Source: Patescibacteria group bacterium (GTDB taxonomy: Bacteria > Patescibacteriota > CPR2 > UBA1875). Taken from it: a DNA stretch of 64,000 bases. The position numbers and the translations under genes were made by a program. Shown here piece by piece: positions 47,801 to 57,576 of this stretch; the first letter of the stretch is position 1; each line of letters opens with the position of its first letter. Below the pieces are notes generated by a model that ran no database searches, was not told where the DNA came from, and was given only the letters and a program-made list of their open reading frames with translations. Where the stretch lies: NCBI GenBank assembly GCA_028694925.1, contig JAQVJW010000002.1:9797-73796 (forward strand), read 5' to 3'.

Positions 47801-47876
47801 TTGTTCCTTTGCACATTGTGTGCATCCCACCTTTGTAGCTTTGCACAAATTATATCACGAAAGAGGAAATTAGCAA
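47801..47876 (-). promoter_or_regulatory. Promoter and TTGT-N8-ACAA operator repeats for the CdaR pair
   Basis: TTGTTCCTTTGCACAT and TTGTAGCTTTGCACAA lie downstream of minus-strand TTGCTA-16-TATAAT. Confidence 0.55.
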
Positions 47877-47908
47877 TCAAAAAAACAACCTGATTCTTGG
47901 TTGTGCGA

Positions 47909-47985
47909 TGGTGGGTGGTACTGGATTCGAACCAGTGACCTCTGCAATGTCAATGCAACGCTCTAACCAACTGAGCTAACCACCC
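47909..47985 (-). tRNA. tRNA-Val(GAC)
   Basis: Cloverleaf GGGTGGTTAGCTCAG...TTGACAT loop...GGTTCGAATCC...ACCA. Confidence 0.96.
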
Positions 47986-48031
47986 ATATAGTCACATATT
48001 CTACTTTAAATTGTATCTTTTTTCAATCAAA

Positions 48032-48400
48032 CTAGGCGTACTTATTGACCACTTTTATAATCTCATCAATATTGTATTCAATCTTCATCAGAAATTCGGC
48101 TGCCCCGGCCTTCTTAGCTCGCTCAATATCTTCCTTGTTCCCTTTTGAGTTTGTGAGGATAATCACTGGGATATCTTTGGTGGTATCTGAATCCTTTAGC
48201 CTTTTTAAGACTTCCCAGCCCGTCATCTGGGGCATCGCAAGATCGAGCAGGATAACATTTGGGACTTCTGTTTTAGCCATCTTAATCCCATCCTCACCAT
48301 TACCAGCGATTAGGGTATCAAATCCTTCATCGTGAAGGCGGAGGCTAAACATCTGGGTCATAAAGGGTGAATCATCTATCAGCAGTGCTTTTTTCATCAT
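48032..48400 (-). CDS. Single-domain response regulator
   Basis: LIDD, LLDLAMP.M.G, IILT and FLMK. Confidence 0.92.
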   Translation of the reverse strand: MMKKALLIDDSPFMTQMFSLRLHDEGFDTLIAGNGEDGIKMAKTEVPNVILLDLAMPQMTGWEVLKRLKDSDTTKDIPVIILTNSKGNKEDIERAKKAGAAEFLMKIEYNIDEIIKVVNKYA

Positions 48401-48448
48401 ATTTCTCCTTAACAGATACATTATGATATAATTTAGGGACGTAAGCAA

Positions 48449-50212
48449 ATGGAAAAGATAAAAGTAAACAAGGTTGATGTGATTCGCCATTCACTCTCGC
48501 ACGTCCTTGCGATGGCGGTAATAGATATGTTCCCGGAAGCCAAACTTGGGATAGGTCCTGCGACCGAAGATGGCTTTTACTATGATTTTGATTTGCCCAG
48601 GACCCTAATCCCTGAAGACCTCCCAATACTTGAAGCGAAGATGAGAGAGATCATTAAGAGTGGGGTGGGTTTTAAGAAATACGAAGAAGATGCAAAGAAA
48701 GCCTATAAAAAAGAAGAGAAGAGAGGGGCTAATTACAAGACAGAGCTTATCGGAGATCTAATAAAAGAGGGGACCAAGAAGGTTACTTATTATCAGTCGG
48801 GTGATTTTCTGGATTTATGTGCCGGTCCCCATGTTAAAAATACCAAGGAACTTTCCGGGGTTGGCTTTAAGCTCTCAAAAATTGCCGGTGCTTACTGGCG
48901 GGGGAGCGAGAAGAATAAGATGTTGCAACGGATTTATGGAATTGCTTTTTTGACCCCGAAAGAACTTAGGGGTTATGAAAAGATGCTCGAGGAAGCCGAA
49001 AAGAGGGACCATCGGAAGATTGGGCAGGAGCTTGATTTATTTACCTTTTCTGATTTAGTTGGGCCTGGCCTACCTCTCTTCACACCAAGAGGTACGATTT
49101 TGATAGATGAGCTTCAGAAGAAAATAGAGGGAATTTGTAAAAAGTACGGTTATGAGAAGGTTATAACTCCCCACATTGCAAAAGAAATATTATTTGAAAA
49201 ATCTGGTCATAAACAAAAATTTGGTAAAGAACTATTTCGCGTAATTTCTGAAACCAAAGAAGACTACGCCCTAAAGCCAGTTCAGTGCCCTCATCAAACT
49301 CAAATATACGCATCAAGAGTTAGGTCATACAGAGACCTACCTATACGTTACATGGAATCAAATAAGCAATATAGGAATGAACAATCTGGTGAAATTAGTG
49401 GTCTTTCCAGAGTTATTGCAATAACCGTTGAAGATGGTCATGTTTTTTGTAGAATGGAACAGGTTAAAAAAGAAGTTAAAATGCTTGTAAAAATAGTAAA
49501 AGATTTTTACAAATCCCTTGGGCTCTGGGATGATTTCTGGATATCGTTGTCTACCCATGATCCAGAGCAATTCGAAAATTATATAGGTACAAAAGAAGAC
49601 TGGAAGAAGGCAGAAACAATACTCAAAGAAGTTTCGAATGAGATGAATCTTGGAGCAAAGGTTTGTAAAGGAGAAGCCGCTTTATATGGACCGAAGCTCG
49701 ATTTCATGTTTAAGGACGCTATGGGCCGTGAGATTCAAATTCCAACCATTCAGCTTGATTTTGCAACGCCGCAAAGATTTGAGCTAACCTATATCAATGA
49801 AAAGGGTGAAAAAGAAAACCCCGTGATGGTTCATAGAGCGATTCTCGGTTCCTATGAGAGGTTTTTGGTTATGTTAATCGAGCATTATGCCGGCGAATTC
49901 CCGGTTTGGCTTGCGCCAGTTCAGGCTAGTGTGATTACGGTAGGAGCGAGTGCCAAAAAATTTGCAAAAGAAGTATATAACACCCTTAAAGAAAATAATA
50001 TCAGAGCAGAGCTTAGAGATGAGAATGAAACTGTAGGCAAGAAGATTAGGGAGGCAGAGCTTGGGAAGGTTCCATATATGCTTGTTGTAGGGGATAAGGA
50101 AGTTAAGGCAAAGGCGGTAGCAGTTAGGAAGTTGCATGATAAGAAGATAGAAACCGTAAAGATAAATAAATTTGTCGATTTAATCACAAAGGAGGTTAGT
50201 AATGAAAATTAA
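48449..50212 (+). CDS. thrS: Threonine--tRNA ligase
   Basis: RHSLSHVLA, DLCAGPH, AGAYWRG, RDHRKIG, YGPKLD and MVHRAILGS.ERF. Confidence 0.98.
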   Translation: MEKIKVNKVDVIRHSLSHVLAMAVIDMFPEAKLGIGPATEDGFYYDFDLPRTLIPEDLPILEAKMREIIKSGVGFKKYEEDAKKAYKKEEKRGANYKTELIGDLIKEGTKKVTYYQSGDFLDLCAGPHVKNTKELSGVGFKLSKIAGAYWRGSEKNKMLQRIYGIAFLTPKELRGYEKMLEEAEKRDHRKIGQELDLFTFSDLVGPGLPLFTPRGTILIDELQKKIEGICKKYGYEKVITPHIAKEILFEKSGHKQKFGKELFRVISETKEDYALKPVQCPHQTQIYASRVRSYRDLPIRYMESNKQYRNEQSGEISGLSRVIAITVEDGHVFCRMEQVKKEVKMLVKIVKDFYKSLGLWDDFWISLSTHDPEQFENYIGTKEDWKKAETILKEVSNEMNLGAKVCKGEAALYGPKLDFMFKDAMGREIQIPTIQLDFATPQRFELTYINEKGEKENPVMVHRAILGSYERFLVMLIEHYAGEFPVWLAPVQASVITVGASAKKFAKEVYNTLKENNIRAELRDENETVGKKIREAELGKVPYMLVVGDKEVKAKAVAVRKLHDKKIETVKINKFVDLITKEVSNEN

Positions 50213-50723
50213 GAAGAATAAATTATTTGAGCTTGTAACTACAGCGATAATCCTCGAGAAGCCATATAAAAAGGGAGTGGATCCAAAATTCTTGATCCTC
50301 CAAAGAGCAGAACATGAAAAATTTGGACCCCTTAAGTGGACGGTACCAGGAGGTAAACTCGCAACCGAAGACTATACTGTTCTTAAAAAACAAACCGAAG
50401 ACTACTGGTATGGGGCAATTGAAGCAGTACTCCGGAGGGAAGTTGCCGAAGAGTGTAATCTTAAGATAAAGAATATTTGGTACTTGACTTCCCTTGCTCG
50501 GGTAACTGGTGATGGGTTTGGTAATCTCGTTTTATCGTTTGTGGCCGATAACGCAGGAGGAGAACTCAAGATAGACGAGAAGGATTTTAACGATTATGCC
50601 TGGGTAACGACTGAAGAGGCAAAGAAGTATGATCTTTTTGATGGGATTGTTGAAGAGTTCGTAATGATTGAGAAGGTGCTTGCTGGCGAGCGTGATGTTG
50701 AATGGCAAAGGCTAACAGAATAA
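50202..50723 (+). CDS. NUDIX hydrolase
   Basis: WTVPGGK...LRREVAEEC.L Nudix box with an insertion. Confidence 0.85.
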   Translation: MKIKKNKLFELVTTAIILEKPYKKGVDPKFLILQRAEHEKFGPLKWTVPGGKLATEDYTVLKKQTEDYWYGAIEAVLRREVAEECNLKIKNIWYLTSLARVTGDGFGNLVLSFVADNAGGELKIDEKDFNDYAWVTTEEAKKYDLFDGIVEEFVMIEKVLAGERDVEWQRLTE

Positions 50724-50729
50724 ATATTT

Positions 50730-51623
50730 ATGAGTAAGGTTCTAGTCATAGATATTGGGGCAACAAACATGCGCTTTGGTGTTTTTGCGGATGATAAAGT
50801 ACACGTACTTAGAAGAATTAGAACACCAAAATCAGAGGCTAGGTTGCATGATTATTTAATAAACCAATCTAAAAAGATTGTCCAAAAGATAGCAGTAAAT
50901 GGGATTGCTCTTTCTGTAGCCGGTCCTGTTTTGCATCAAAATAAGATATATCTATCGCATATTACCCAAAGCCATATTGATATTAAGACGCCAATTTTTA
51001 AAGAGTTTAAGTTACCAGTAACTTTAATAAATGATACAGATGCAGCCGTTATGGCAGAACAAAAGTACGGCTTTGGCAAAGGATGTAAATCACTTATTTA
51101 TGTTACTTTTTCCACTGGTGTTGGTGGAGGCGTAATCGAGAACGACAAGCTACGTGAAGTTACGAGGGTAAAAGACGAAATTAGTCATCAGAAAATAGAC
51201 AGTAAGTATGGGGCACCGTGTTATTGTGGTGGAGTTGGCCATTGGAGCTCTTTCATCTCAGGTGCAAAGATTGTAAATACTATGAGGATATGGTCAGAGG
51301 TTACGGGCAGAAGATTTAGCCCAATCATATATACTGACGTAAAAAGGATATTTTGGTTGGCGGGTCTTGGAGATAATTTGGCCAAGGATTTTTTAGATGA
51401 AGTTGGTAGAATGAATGCGAAAGCAATCGATATATTTATCGAAAAGTTTCATCCAGAAGTCTTTGTAATTGGCGGCTCGATTGCCCTCAATAACTCCGAA
51501 GTTATTCTATCTGGGATAAAGAAGTATCAGAAATCAAAAGTACCCGTTAGAATAACGAAACTAGGGGATGAAATCTCTTTACTTGGGGCCGCAGTCTATT
51601 TTGAGACTCGAAATAAAGGATAA
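50730..51623 (+). CDS. ROK family sugar kinase
   Basis: IDIGATN, IND.DAA..AE, STGVGGG, C.CG..G and LLGAA. Confidence 0.88.
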   Translation: MSKVLVIDIGATNMRFGVFADDKVHVLRRIRTPKSEARLHDYLINQSKKIVQKIAVNGIALSVAGPVLHQNKIYLSHITQSHIDIKTPIFKEFKLPVTLINDTDAAVMAEQKYGFGKGCKSLIYVTFSTGVGGGVIENDKLREVTRVKDEISHQKIDSKYGAPCYCGGVGHWSSFISGAKIVNTMRIWSEVTGRRFSPIIYTDVKRIFWLAGLGDNLAKDFLDEVGRMNAKAIDIFIEKFHPEVFVIGGSIALNNSEVILSGIKKYQKSKVPVRITKLGDEISLLGAAVYFETRNKG

Positions 51624-51644
51624 GGTGTGTTAAGATAAGTCGCT

Positions 51645-52886
51645 ATGAAGTATTACCTCTTTGTTATTGGGTGTGACATGAATAAGTCCGATGCCGAACG
51701 GATTGCGACCGTCTTTGATATCCTAGGTTACAAGAGGGCCGAGAGCGAAGAAGAGGCAGATGTTCTTTTGGCCGTTGCTTGCTCGGTTCGTCTTTCGGCT
51801 ACAAACAGAGTTTTTGGTAGGGGGCGAGAGTGGCAAAAGTATCGGAAGAGGGGTGCTCTAACGATGGTCTCGGGCTGTGTGCTTACAAGAGATAAGAAGA
51901 AACTCGAGAAATATTATGATCATATCTTTCCGATTGAAGAAATGAACAAGCTGCCAGAACTTTTAAAGTTAAAGAAGGCCAAAAAAGATGATTTATCTGA
52001 ATATTTACGTATTCACCCTATATATGAATCAGACTTTCGGGCTTATATCCCTATAATGACTGGTTGTGATAACTTTTGTTCCTATTGCGCCGTCCCATAT
52101 ACCAGGGGCCGTGAGAAATCACGAACAGAAGAAGAGATAATAGCCGAGGTTAAGGGGCTAATAGAGAAAAACTATAAAGAGATCATCCTACTTGGCCAAA
52201 ATGTTAATAGTTACAAGCCAAACTTTACAAAGCTTATAGTCAAAATCGATAAACTAAAGGGTGAGCATCGTATCTATTTCTATTCTAATCACCCCAAAGA
52301 TGTATCCGGGGAGCTAATTAAGGCTCTCCCGGGACTTAAACATTTCCCGAACTATCTTCACTTGCCCCTACAGTCCGGAAATGACGAGATCTTAAAGAAA
52401 ATGAATCGGCACTATACCAAAGATTCTTATCTTAAACTAATAGAGAAAATAAAGAAGGATATACCCGATATTGTAATAACAACAGACATCATTGTGGGGT
52501 TCCCGGGAGAAAAAGTTGATCAGTTTGAGGATACTAAAATGGTAATGGAGAATGTTGGCTTTGATATGGCCTATATCTCAGAATACTCAGAACGCCCAGG
52601 GACATTAAGCGCTAAGATGGAGGATGATGTCCCAGATCAAGAGAAAGCAAAAAGAGAGAAAGAACTCCAGAAAGTACTTGGGAGAACCTCGGGGGAGAAT
52701 AACAAAAAATTAGTTGGAACAACCCAAAGAGTTCTTATTGACGCCAAGAAGAAAGATAAATACTACGGAAGAACCGATTCATACAAGGTGGTGGAGATAA
52801 AAACGGACCAATCTCTTGAGATTGGCCAGTTTTATATGATTGAGATTAGGGAAGCAGGGGATTGGAAGTTAAGGGGTAGAATCTGA
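51645..52886 (+). CDS. miaB: tRNA methylthiotransferase MiaB
   Basis: GC.MN.SD.E, GCDNFCSYC.VP.TRG.E.SR, LLGQNVNSY and a TRAM domain. Confidence 0.93.
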   Translation: MKYYLFVIGCDMNKSDAERIATVFDILGYKRAESEEEADVLLAVACSVRLSATNRVFGRGREWQKYRKRGALTMVSGCVLTRDKKKLEKYYDHIFPIEEMNKLPELLKLKKAKKDDLSEYLRIHPIYESDFRAYIPIMTGCDNFCSYCAVPYTRGREKSRTEEEIIAEVKGLIEKNYKEIILLGQNVNSYKPNFTKLIVKIDKLKGEHRIYFYSNHPKDVSGELIKALPGLKHFPNYLHLPLQSGNDEILKKMNRHYTKDSYLKLIEKIKKDIPDIVITTDIIVGFPGEKVDQFEDTKMVMENVGFDMAYISEYSERPGTLSAKMEDDVPDQEKAKREKELQKVLGRTSGENNKKLVGTTQRVLIDAKKKDKYYGRTDSYKVVEIKTDQSLEIGQFYMIEIREAGDWKLRGRI

Positions 52887-52888
52887 AT

Positions 52889-53365
52889 CTACTCTTGACT
52901 TTCCGGAGATACAACACTAGAGCTACTTGCTGGAACGAAGTTAGGCACAATTTCTTTCTCGTTAAAGCTGTTAATAATCATTAAAACGTAAGACCTTACT
53001 CTTTCTTCTTCTTCAATATTTCCTAAGTGTTGTTCCTCTAAACTAGATCTATAAGTCTCTACTGCTTGAGCTAATTGTTCGGCAACTGCTTCTGCCGATT
53101 GTAGTTCATTCTTTGGTAGTCTTTTTTCTGCTCTTTGAACTGCATTGGATTCCATAGCGTCTCTAACTAAATTTCCGGATTCATTCCCTATCAATGCACC
53201 TGCAAACATAGCGATCACTCCTAGGCCGAAGTCTCTTCTTGACATTTCATCCCGACTCATTCCTTCTGTTGAGTTCTTCCTAATAGCCGTTTTGTCGGGA
53301 CTAAAATTATTAATCGCACCACGCATATCAGCTGAACCGTCTGGCCTGTAAATATCTCTATCCAT
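52889..53365 (-). CDS. Hypothetical protein with SRRDF motif and hydrophobic helix
   Basis: SD GAGGAG. 158 aa, inserted antisense between miaB and miaA. Confidence 0.65.
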   Translation of the reverse strand: MDRDIYRPDGSADMRGAINNFSPDKTAIRKNSTEGMSRDEMSRRDFGLGVIAMFAGALIGNESGNLVRDAMESNAVQRAEKRLPKNELQSAEAVAEQLAQAVETYRSSLEEQHLGNIEEEERVRSYVLMIINSFNEKEIVPNFVPASSSSVVSPESQE

Positions 53366-53408
53366 AATACTCTCCTCAATTTAACTAACTTTAGTATAAT
53401 AGAAACCT

Positions 53409-54326
53409 ATGGAAAAGCCAATCATTGTTATAACGGGCCCGACGGCCAGTGGGAAAACAGCTATTTCTCTTTCGGTGATGCAGAAATTTCCCGCAGAGGC
53501 GATTTGTGCTGATTCGATGACTATCTACAGAGGGATGGATATCGGAACCGATAAACCAACCCTTGACGAGAGTTGTGAGAAGGTTGGAGATCATTACGAG
53601 ATAAAGGGAGTGAGGCATCACTTGCTTGATCGGTTTGACCCAGATCAGGAATGTAATGTCTCTGTATTTCGAGACCTGGTTCAGTATGAGGTTGATGAAA
53701 TTCATAAGCGCGGCAACATTCCTTTCCTTGTAGGCGGTTCCCTCTTCTACATTGACGCTTTTGCCTATGATTATTCGATACCGAAGGTTGAGCCTGACTT
53801 AAAGCTCAGAAAGGAACTTGAGGCGAGGGAGACTGAGGACTTATGGACAGAGCTTGTTGCGCTTGACCCAGATGCCGAGTGGACGGTCGATCGGAAGAAT
53901 AAGCGGAGGCTCGTAAGGGCACTTGAAGTTTGCCTGAAATCTGGGAAGCCCTTTAGTGAGCAGAAATCAAAAAAGAAACTTAAAGATAATATCCTTTATC
54001 TCGCAGTGGCATGCGACCGAGAGGAGCTATACCACAAGATCAACAAACGGGTTGATGTGATGTTTCGGGAAGGATTTGTCGATGAGGTGCGGGAGCTATA
54101 CGAGAAATATGACGGGAATACGGCGATGCAAGCGGCAGGTTACCGGGAGATTATAGAGTACTTAGAGGGGAGAAATAGCCTTAAAAAGGCAATCGAAAAC
54201 ACAAAAAGAGTTCATCGTAATTTTGCTAAAAGACAGCTTACTTGGCTTCGGAGGAATTCAGATGTCATTTGGATAAAGAATGCAGCCGAGGCTGAGAAAA
54301 AGATAAAAACATTCCTTACGTCCTAA
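53409..54326 (+). CDS. miaA: tRNA dimethylallyltransferase
   Basis: GPTASGKT, DSM.IYRGMDIGT.KP, RALEV and AKRQLTW. Confidence 0.96.
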   Translation: MEKPIIVITGPTASGKTAISLSVMQKFPAEAICADSMTIYRGMDIGTDKPTLDESCEKVGDHYEIKGVRHHLLDRFDPDQECNVSVFRDLVQYEVDEIHKRGNIPFLVGGSLFYIDAFAYDYSIPKVEPDLKLRKELEARETEDLWTELVALDPDAEWTVDRKNKRRLVRALEVCLKSGKPFSEQKSKKKLKDNILYLAVACDREELYHKINKRVDVMFREGFVDEVRELYEKYDGNTAMQAAGYREIIEYLEGRNSLKKAIENTKRVHRNFAKRQLTWLRRNSDVIWIKNAAEAEKKIKTFLTS

Positions 54327-54367
54327 ATGATGTAACGAAGCTCCTCCTCTGCTATACTAGAAGTTGC

Positions 54368-55759
54368 ATGAAATTTTTAGCTATTTTAGTGGGGAAATTG
54401 GCTGCACTTGCGACTAGGCTAACAAAAACCGGTAGCGGAACAACGCTACCTGGGTTAATGGCGGAAAAAATAGAGCCGCAGATTATTAGGAAGATTGCGG
54501 AAAGGCTTAAGTATGGGGTAATCGTTGTTACTGGTACGAATGGCAAGACAACAACCTCAAAGATGCTTGTTGAGATACTCTCCGAAGAAGGCTATACCGT
54601 CCTTCATAACCCATCAGGGTCAAACTTAACTAGGGGGATAGCCTCAGCTCTTATTCATTCAGTGAATATCTTTGGGACCGGCCTTGAGGCCGATATTGCA
54701 GTTTTTGAGGTTGATGAGGCAACAATGCCGGAGGCAACGACCAAGCTAAGACCAAGAGCAGTCCTTTTAACAAATCTTTTCCGGGACCAGTTAGACCGTT
54801 ATGGCGAGCTTGATAAAACAGCCGCTATAATTGGTAATTCACTTCGGGGATTTTCTGAGATGACCACTATCCTAAACGCTGATGACCCACTCGTCTCGAG
54901 TTTAGCTAAATATTCTGAGGGAGAGGTAGTATATTTTGGAGTCGAAGACCAAGGAATAACGACTGATAGTGGCCTTGCGATGGATTCGAAGGATTGTATT
55001 GCTTGTGGTCACGAACTGGTTTATGAGGAGAGGTATTTAGGTCATCTTGGCAAGTGGCACTGCGAGAACTGTAAAGAGAAAAGGCAAAAGCCTTTAGTGT
55101 CGGCAAGCTCGATTAAGGTGTCACCTTTTGTTTCAAAGTTTGAACTCGCTCTTCCGAAAGAAAACCTAAAGGTAGAGATGCCTATCCCTGGGCTATATAA
55201 TGTATATAATGCGCTGGCAGCCGCAACGGCAGCAACAGTCACAGGGGTTGGTGCTCCGGCTATCTCTCACACTTTAAGGAATTGTGAAGCGGCCTTTGGG
55301 CGGATGGAGCTTATCGAGGTCGAAGGGAAGAAGATTATGGTCCTTCTCATCAAAAATCCGACTGGGGCCAACCAAGCTCTTTCGGCTATCTATTCAGACG
55401 GAAAGCCAAAGAAAGTGGGGCTATTTCTAAATGACAACTTTGCTGATGGGACTGATGTCTCCTGGATTTGGGATATAGATTTTGAATATTTTAAGATAGC
55501 AGGTAGTGAATTTGTAGCCTCGGGAATCCGCGGCGAAGACATGGCCTTAAGGCTTAAGTATGCCGGGGTAGATAAAAAGAACTACAAACTCGAGAAAGAC
55601 ATTAATCTAGCCACAAAAGAGCTAGCCAAGAAGCTCAAGAAAGATGAGATTGGGTATCTTCTTCCGACCTATACAGCAATGATTGAAATTAGAAATAATT
55701 TTACCGTCAAAAGTGATGAGTTATGTAATATGGGTAAAGTAACAAAGAGGGGCTTATGA
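54368..55759 (+). CDS. murT: Lipid II isoglutaminyl synthase subunit MurT
   Basis: TGTNGKTTT, NLFRDQLDRYGE, Zn finger, KNP.G and DGTDVSWIWD. Confidence 0.94.
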   Translation: MKFLAILVGKLAALATRLTKTGSGTTLPGLMAEKIEPQIIRKIAERLKYGVIVVTGTNGKTTTSKMLVEILSEEGYTVLHNPSGSNLTRGIASALIHSVNIFGTGLEADIAVFEVDEATMPEATTKLRPRAVLLTNLFRDQLDRYGELDKTAAIIGNSLRGFSEMTTILNADDPLVSSLAKYSEGEVVYFGVEDQGITTDSGLAMDSKDCIACGHELVYEERYLGHLGKWHCENCKEKRQKPLVSASSIKVSPFVSKFELALPKENLKVEMPIPGLYNVYNALAAATAATVTGVGAPAISHTLRNCEAAFGRMELIEVEGKKIMVLLIKNPTGANQALSAIYSDGKPKKVGLFLNDNFADGTDVSWIWDIDFEYFKIAGSEFVASGIRGEDMALRLKYAGVDKKNYKLEKDINLATKELAKKLKKDEIGYLLPTYTAMIEIRNNFTVKSDELCNMGKVTKRGL

Positions 55760-56553
55760 GCTACAAAGTAAAGCTATACCATCTTTATCCTGATGCGATG
55801 AACCTTTATGGAGATATGGGGAATGTCATCGCCCTTGCTAAAAGGTGCCAGTGGCGGGATATCGAGTTTGAAGTTGTTGATGTTAAGATCGGTGATTCGG
55901 TTGATTTTTCTGATGCCGATATCATCTACATGGGTGGGGGGCAAGACAGAGGGCAAAAGATAATCCAAAATGACCTCGCTAAAAGAAAGACCGAGATCCA
56001 GGGTTGGATTGAGTCAGGCGTAGTTTCCTTAACGATCTGCGGTGGCTTTCAACTTTTTGGGAAATATTTTAAAACCGCAGAAGGCGAGGAGATAAGAGGG
56101 ATTGAAGTTTTTGACACCGTAACTACAGCTGGCGATAAGAGACTTATCGGAAATGTGGTGGTCGATGTTAGTGCCGCAACAGCCAAATGGGCGCAAAAAT
56201 TTAGATTTAAAAATCTTGAAAATCCAACCGCGACTTTAGTTGGCTTTGAGAATCATTCAGGACTTACAAAACTTGGTCCAAATACTGAACCCTTAGGAAC
56301 GGTTGTTAGTGGTTATGGGAATCTTGGCGACGGGGGCTATGAGGGCGGCTGGTACAAGAATGCCATTGGGACTTACCTGCACGGTTCTCTACTCCCCAAA
56401 AATCCTTGGCTTGCAGATCACATGATTGCGGTCGCTCTCATGAATCGCTATGGAAGCCCAATTCCACTCGATAACTTGGATGATAAATTAGAAGAGGCGG
56501 CCCACAAGGCGGCGATTGAGCGAGCCAAAACCGCAAAGACCTTAAGTATTTAA
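55756..56553 (+). CDS. gatD: Glutamine amidotransferase GatD
   Basis: MNLYGD.GN, GGGQD, ICGGFQ, GFENH and YLHGSLLPKNP. Confidence 0.94.
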   Translation: MSYKVKLYHLYPDAMNLYGDMGNVIALAKRCQWRDIEFEVVDVKIGDSVDFSDADIIYMGGGQDRGQKIIQNDLAKRKTEIQGWIESGVVSLTICGGFQLFGKYFKTAEGEEIRGIEVFDTVTTAGDKRLIGNVVVDVSAATAKWAQKFRFKNLENPTATLVGFENHSGLTKLGPNTEPLGTVVSGYGNLGDGGYEGGWYKNAIGTYLHGSLLPKNPWLADHMIAVALMNRYGSPIPLDNLDDKLEEAAHKAAIERAKTAKTLSI

Positions 56554-56577
56554 AAAGAGCCCTCCAGGGGCTCTTTT
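56552..56577. terminator. Bidirectional terminator
   Basis: AAAAGAGCCC-TCCAG-GGGCTCTTTT. Confidence 0.8.
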
Positions 56578-56758
56578 ACTTTGCTTTCTTATTCATCGTC
56601 CTTAGGCAATCGGCACAGATTCTGATTCTTTTTTGACCTTTTTCTGGCCTAAAGTATTGTAGGTTTGGTAAAAATCGTCTCTTTGTTTTTCGGTGGGAGT
56701 GAGAGACGTTATGGCCGGTTAATGGCTTTTTACCGCATTTTTCGCAAACTTGTGACAT
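56576..56758 (-). CDS. rpmB: 50S ribosomal protein bL28 (Zn-binding form)
   Basis: [10 protein letters not shown]...[18 protein letters not shown]...CADC. Confidence 0.96.
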   Translation of the reverse strand: MSQVCEKCGKKPLTGHNVSHSHRKTKRRFLPNLQYFRPEKGQKRIRICADCLRTMNKKAK

Positions 56759-56826
56759 ATAGTTACCTTGATTACTGACTCGTAAGATGGTAGCATAATA
56801 CGGACTAAAGGTCAACAAAAAGAGAG

Positions 56827-57438
56827 ATGAATATAGAGATAATTACAATTATATTTTGGCTAACGGCCCTTTTCGTTTCGATTACCGTTCATGAATTTAT
56901 GCATGCCTGGACGGCAAATTACCTGGGGGACCCGACGGCTAAAGCCCTTGGAAGGGTAAGCCTAAACCCGATTGCCCACATTGATCCTATCGGAACAGTC
57001 CTTTTGCCCCTTGTGATGGTCCTGACGACTGGTTTTGTTTTTGGCTGGGCTAAGCCAGTTCAAATAAATCCAAATAACTTTCGAAACTATCGTGTTGGGC
57101 AAGCCTTAACGGCTATTGCGGGTCCTTTCGCAAATCTTGTGATGATCCTTCTTTTTACGGCCATTTACAAGTTAATGCCTGAAAGCGGACTCTTTAGTAT
57201 TTTCCTTATTATCTTAATCGAGCTTAATGTTGTTTTGATGGTATTTAACCTTATACCTGTTCCTCCTCTTGATGGTTCCAAGGTCCTTTACATGTTTCTT
57301 CCGTTTGAAACGATCAGAAAACTCGAAATGTACGGTCCCTTTATCCTACTTCCCCTCCTTATCTTCTTCGGAGGAGCAATAATCTTCCCTGTTATCTCAT
57401 TTATTCTTGGTTCTCTGGGACTTCCACCAATTTTTTAA
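56827..57438 (+). CDS. Site-2 protease (M50 family)
   Basis: HEFMH, AGPFAN and [11 protein letters not shown]. Confidence 0.94.
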   Translation: MNIEIITIIFWLTALFVSITVHEFMHAWTANYLGDPTAKALGRVSLNPIAHIDPIGTVLLPLVMVLTTGFVFGWAKPVQINPNNFRNYRVGQALTAIAGPFANLVMILLFTAIYKLMPESGLFSIFLIILIELNVVLMVFNLIPVPPLDGSKVLYMFLPFETIRKLEMYGPFILLPLLIFFGGAIIFPVISFILGSLGLPPIF

Positions 57439-57515
57439 CGGGGTGTGGCGCAGTTGGCTAGCGCGTACGCATGGGGTGCGTGAGGTCGCAGGTTCGAGTC
57501 CTGTCACCCCGACCA
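57439..57515 (+). tRNA. tRNA-Pro(GGG)
   Basis: CGGGGTGTGGCGCAG...ATGGGGT loop...GGTTCGAGTCC...ACCA. Confidence 0.95.
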
Positions 57516-57527
57516 AAATATAGTGGA

Positions 57528-57572
57528 ATATATAATAGTCTTGACTATTTTATAATATGGTATATAATAGTC
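57528..57572 (+). promoter_or_regulatory. Promoter with operator-like repeats
   Basis: TATATAATAGTC occurs twice. AATAGTC-TT-GACTATT palindrome lies over TTGACT...TATAAT. Confidence 0.6.
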
Positions 57573-57576
57573 GTAT

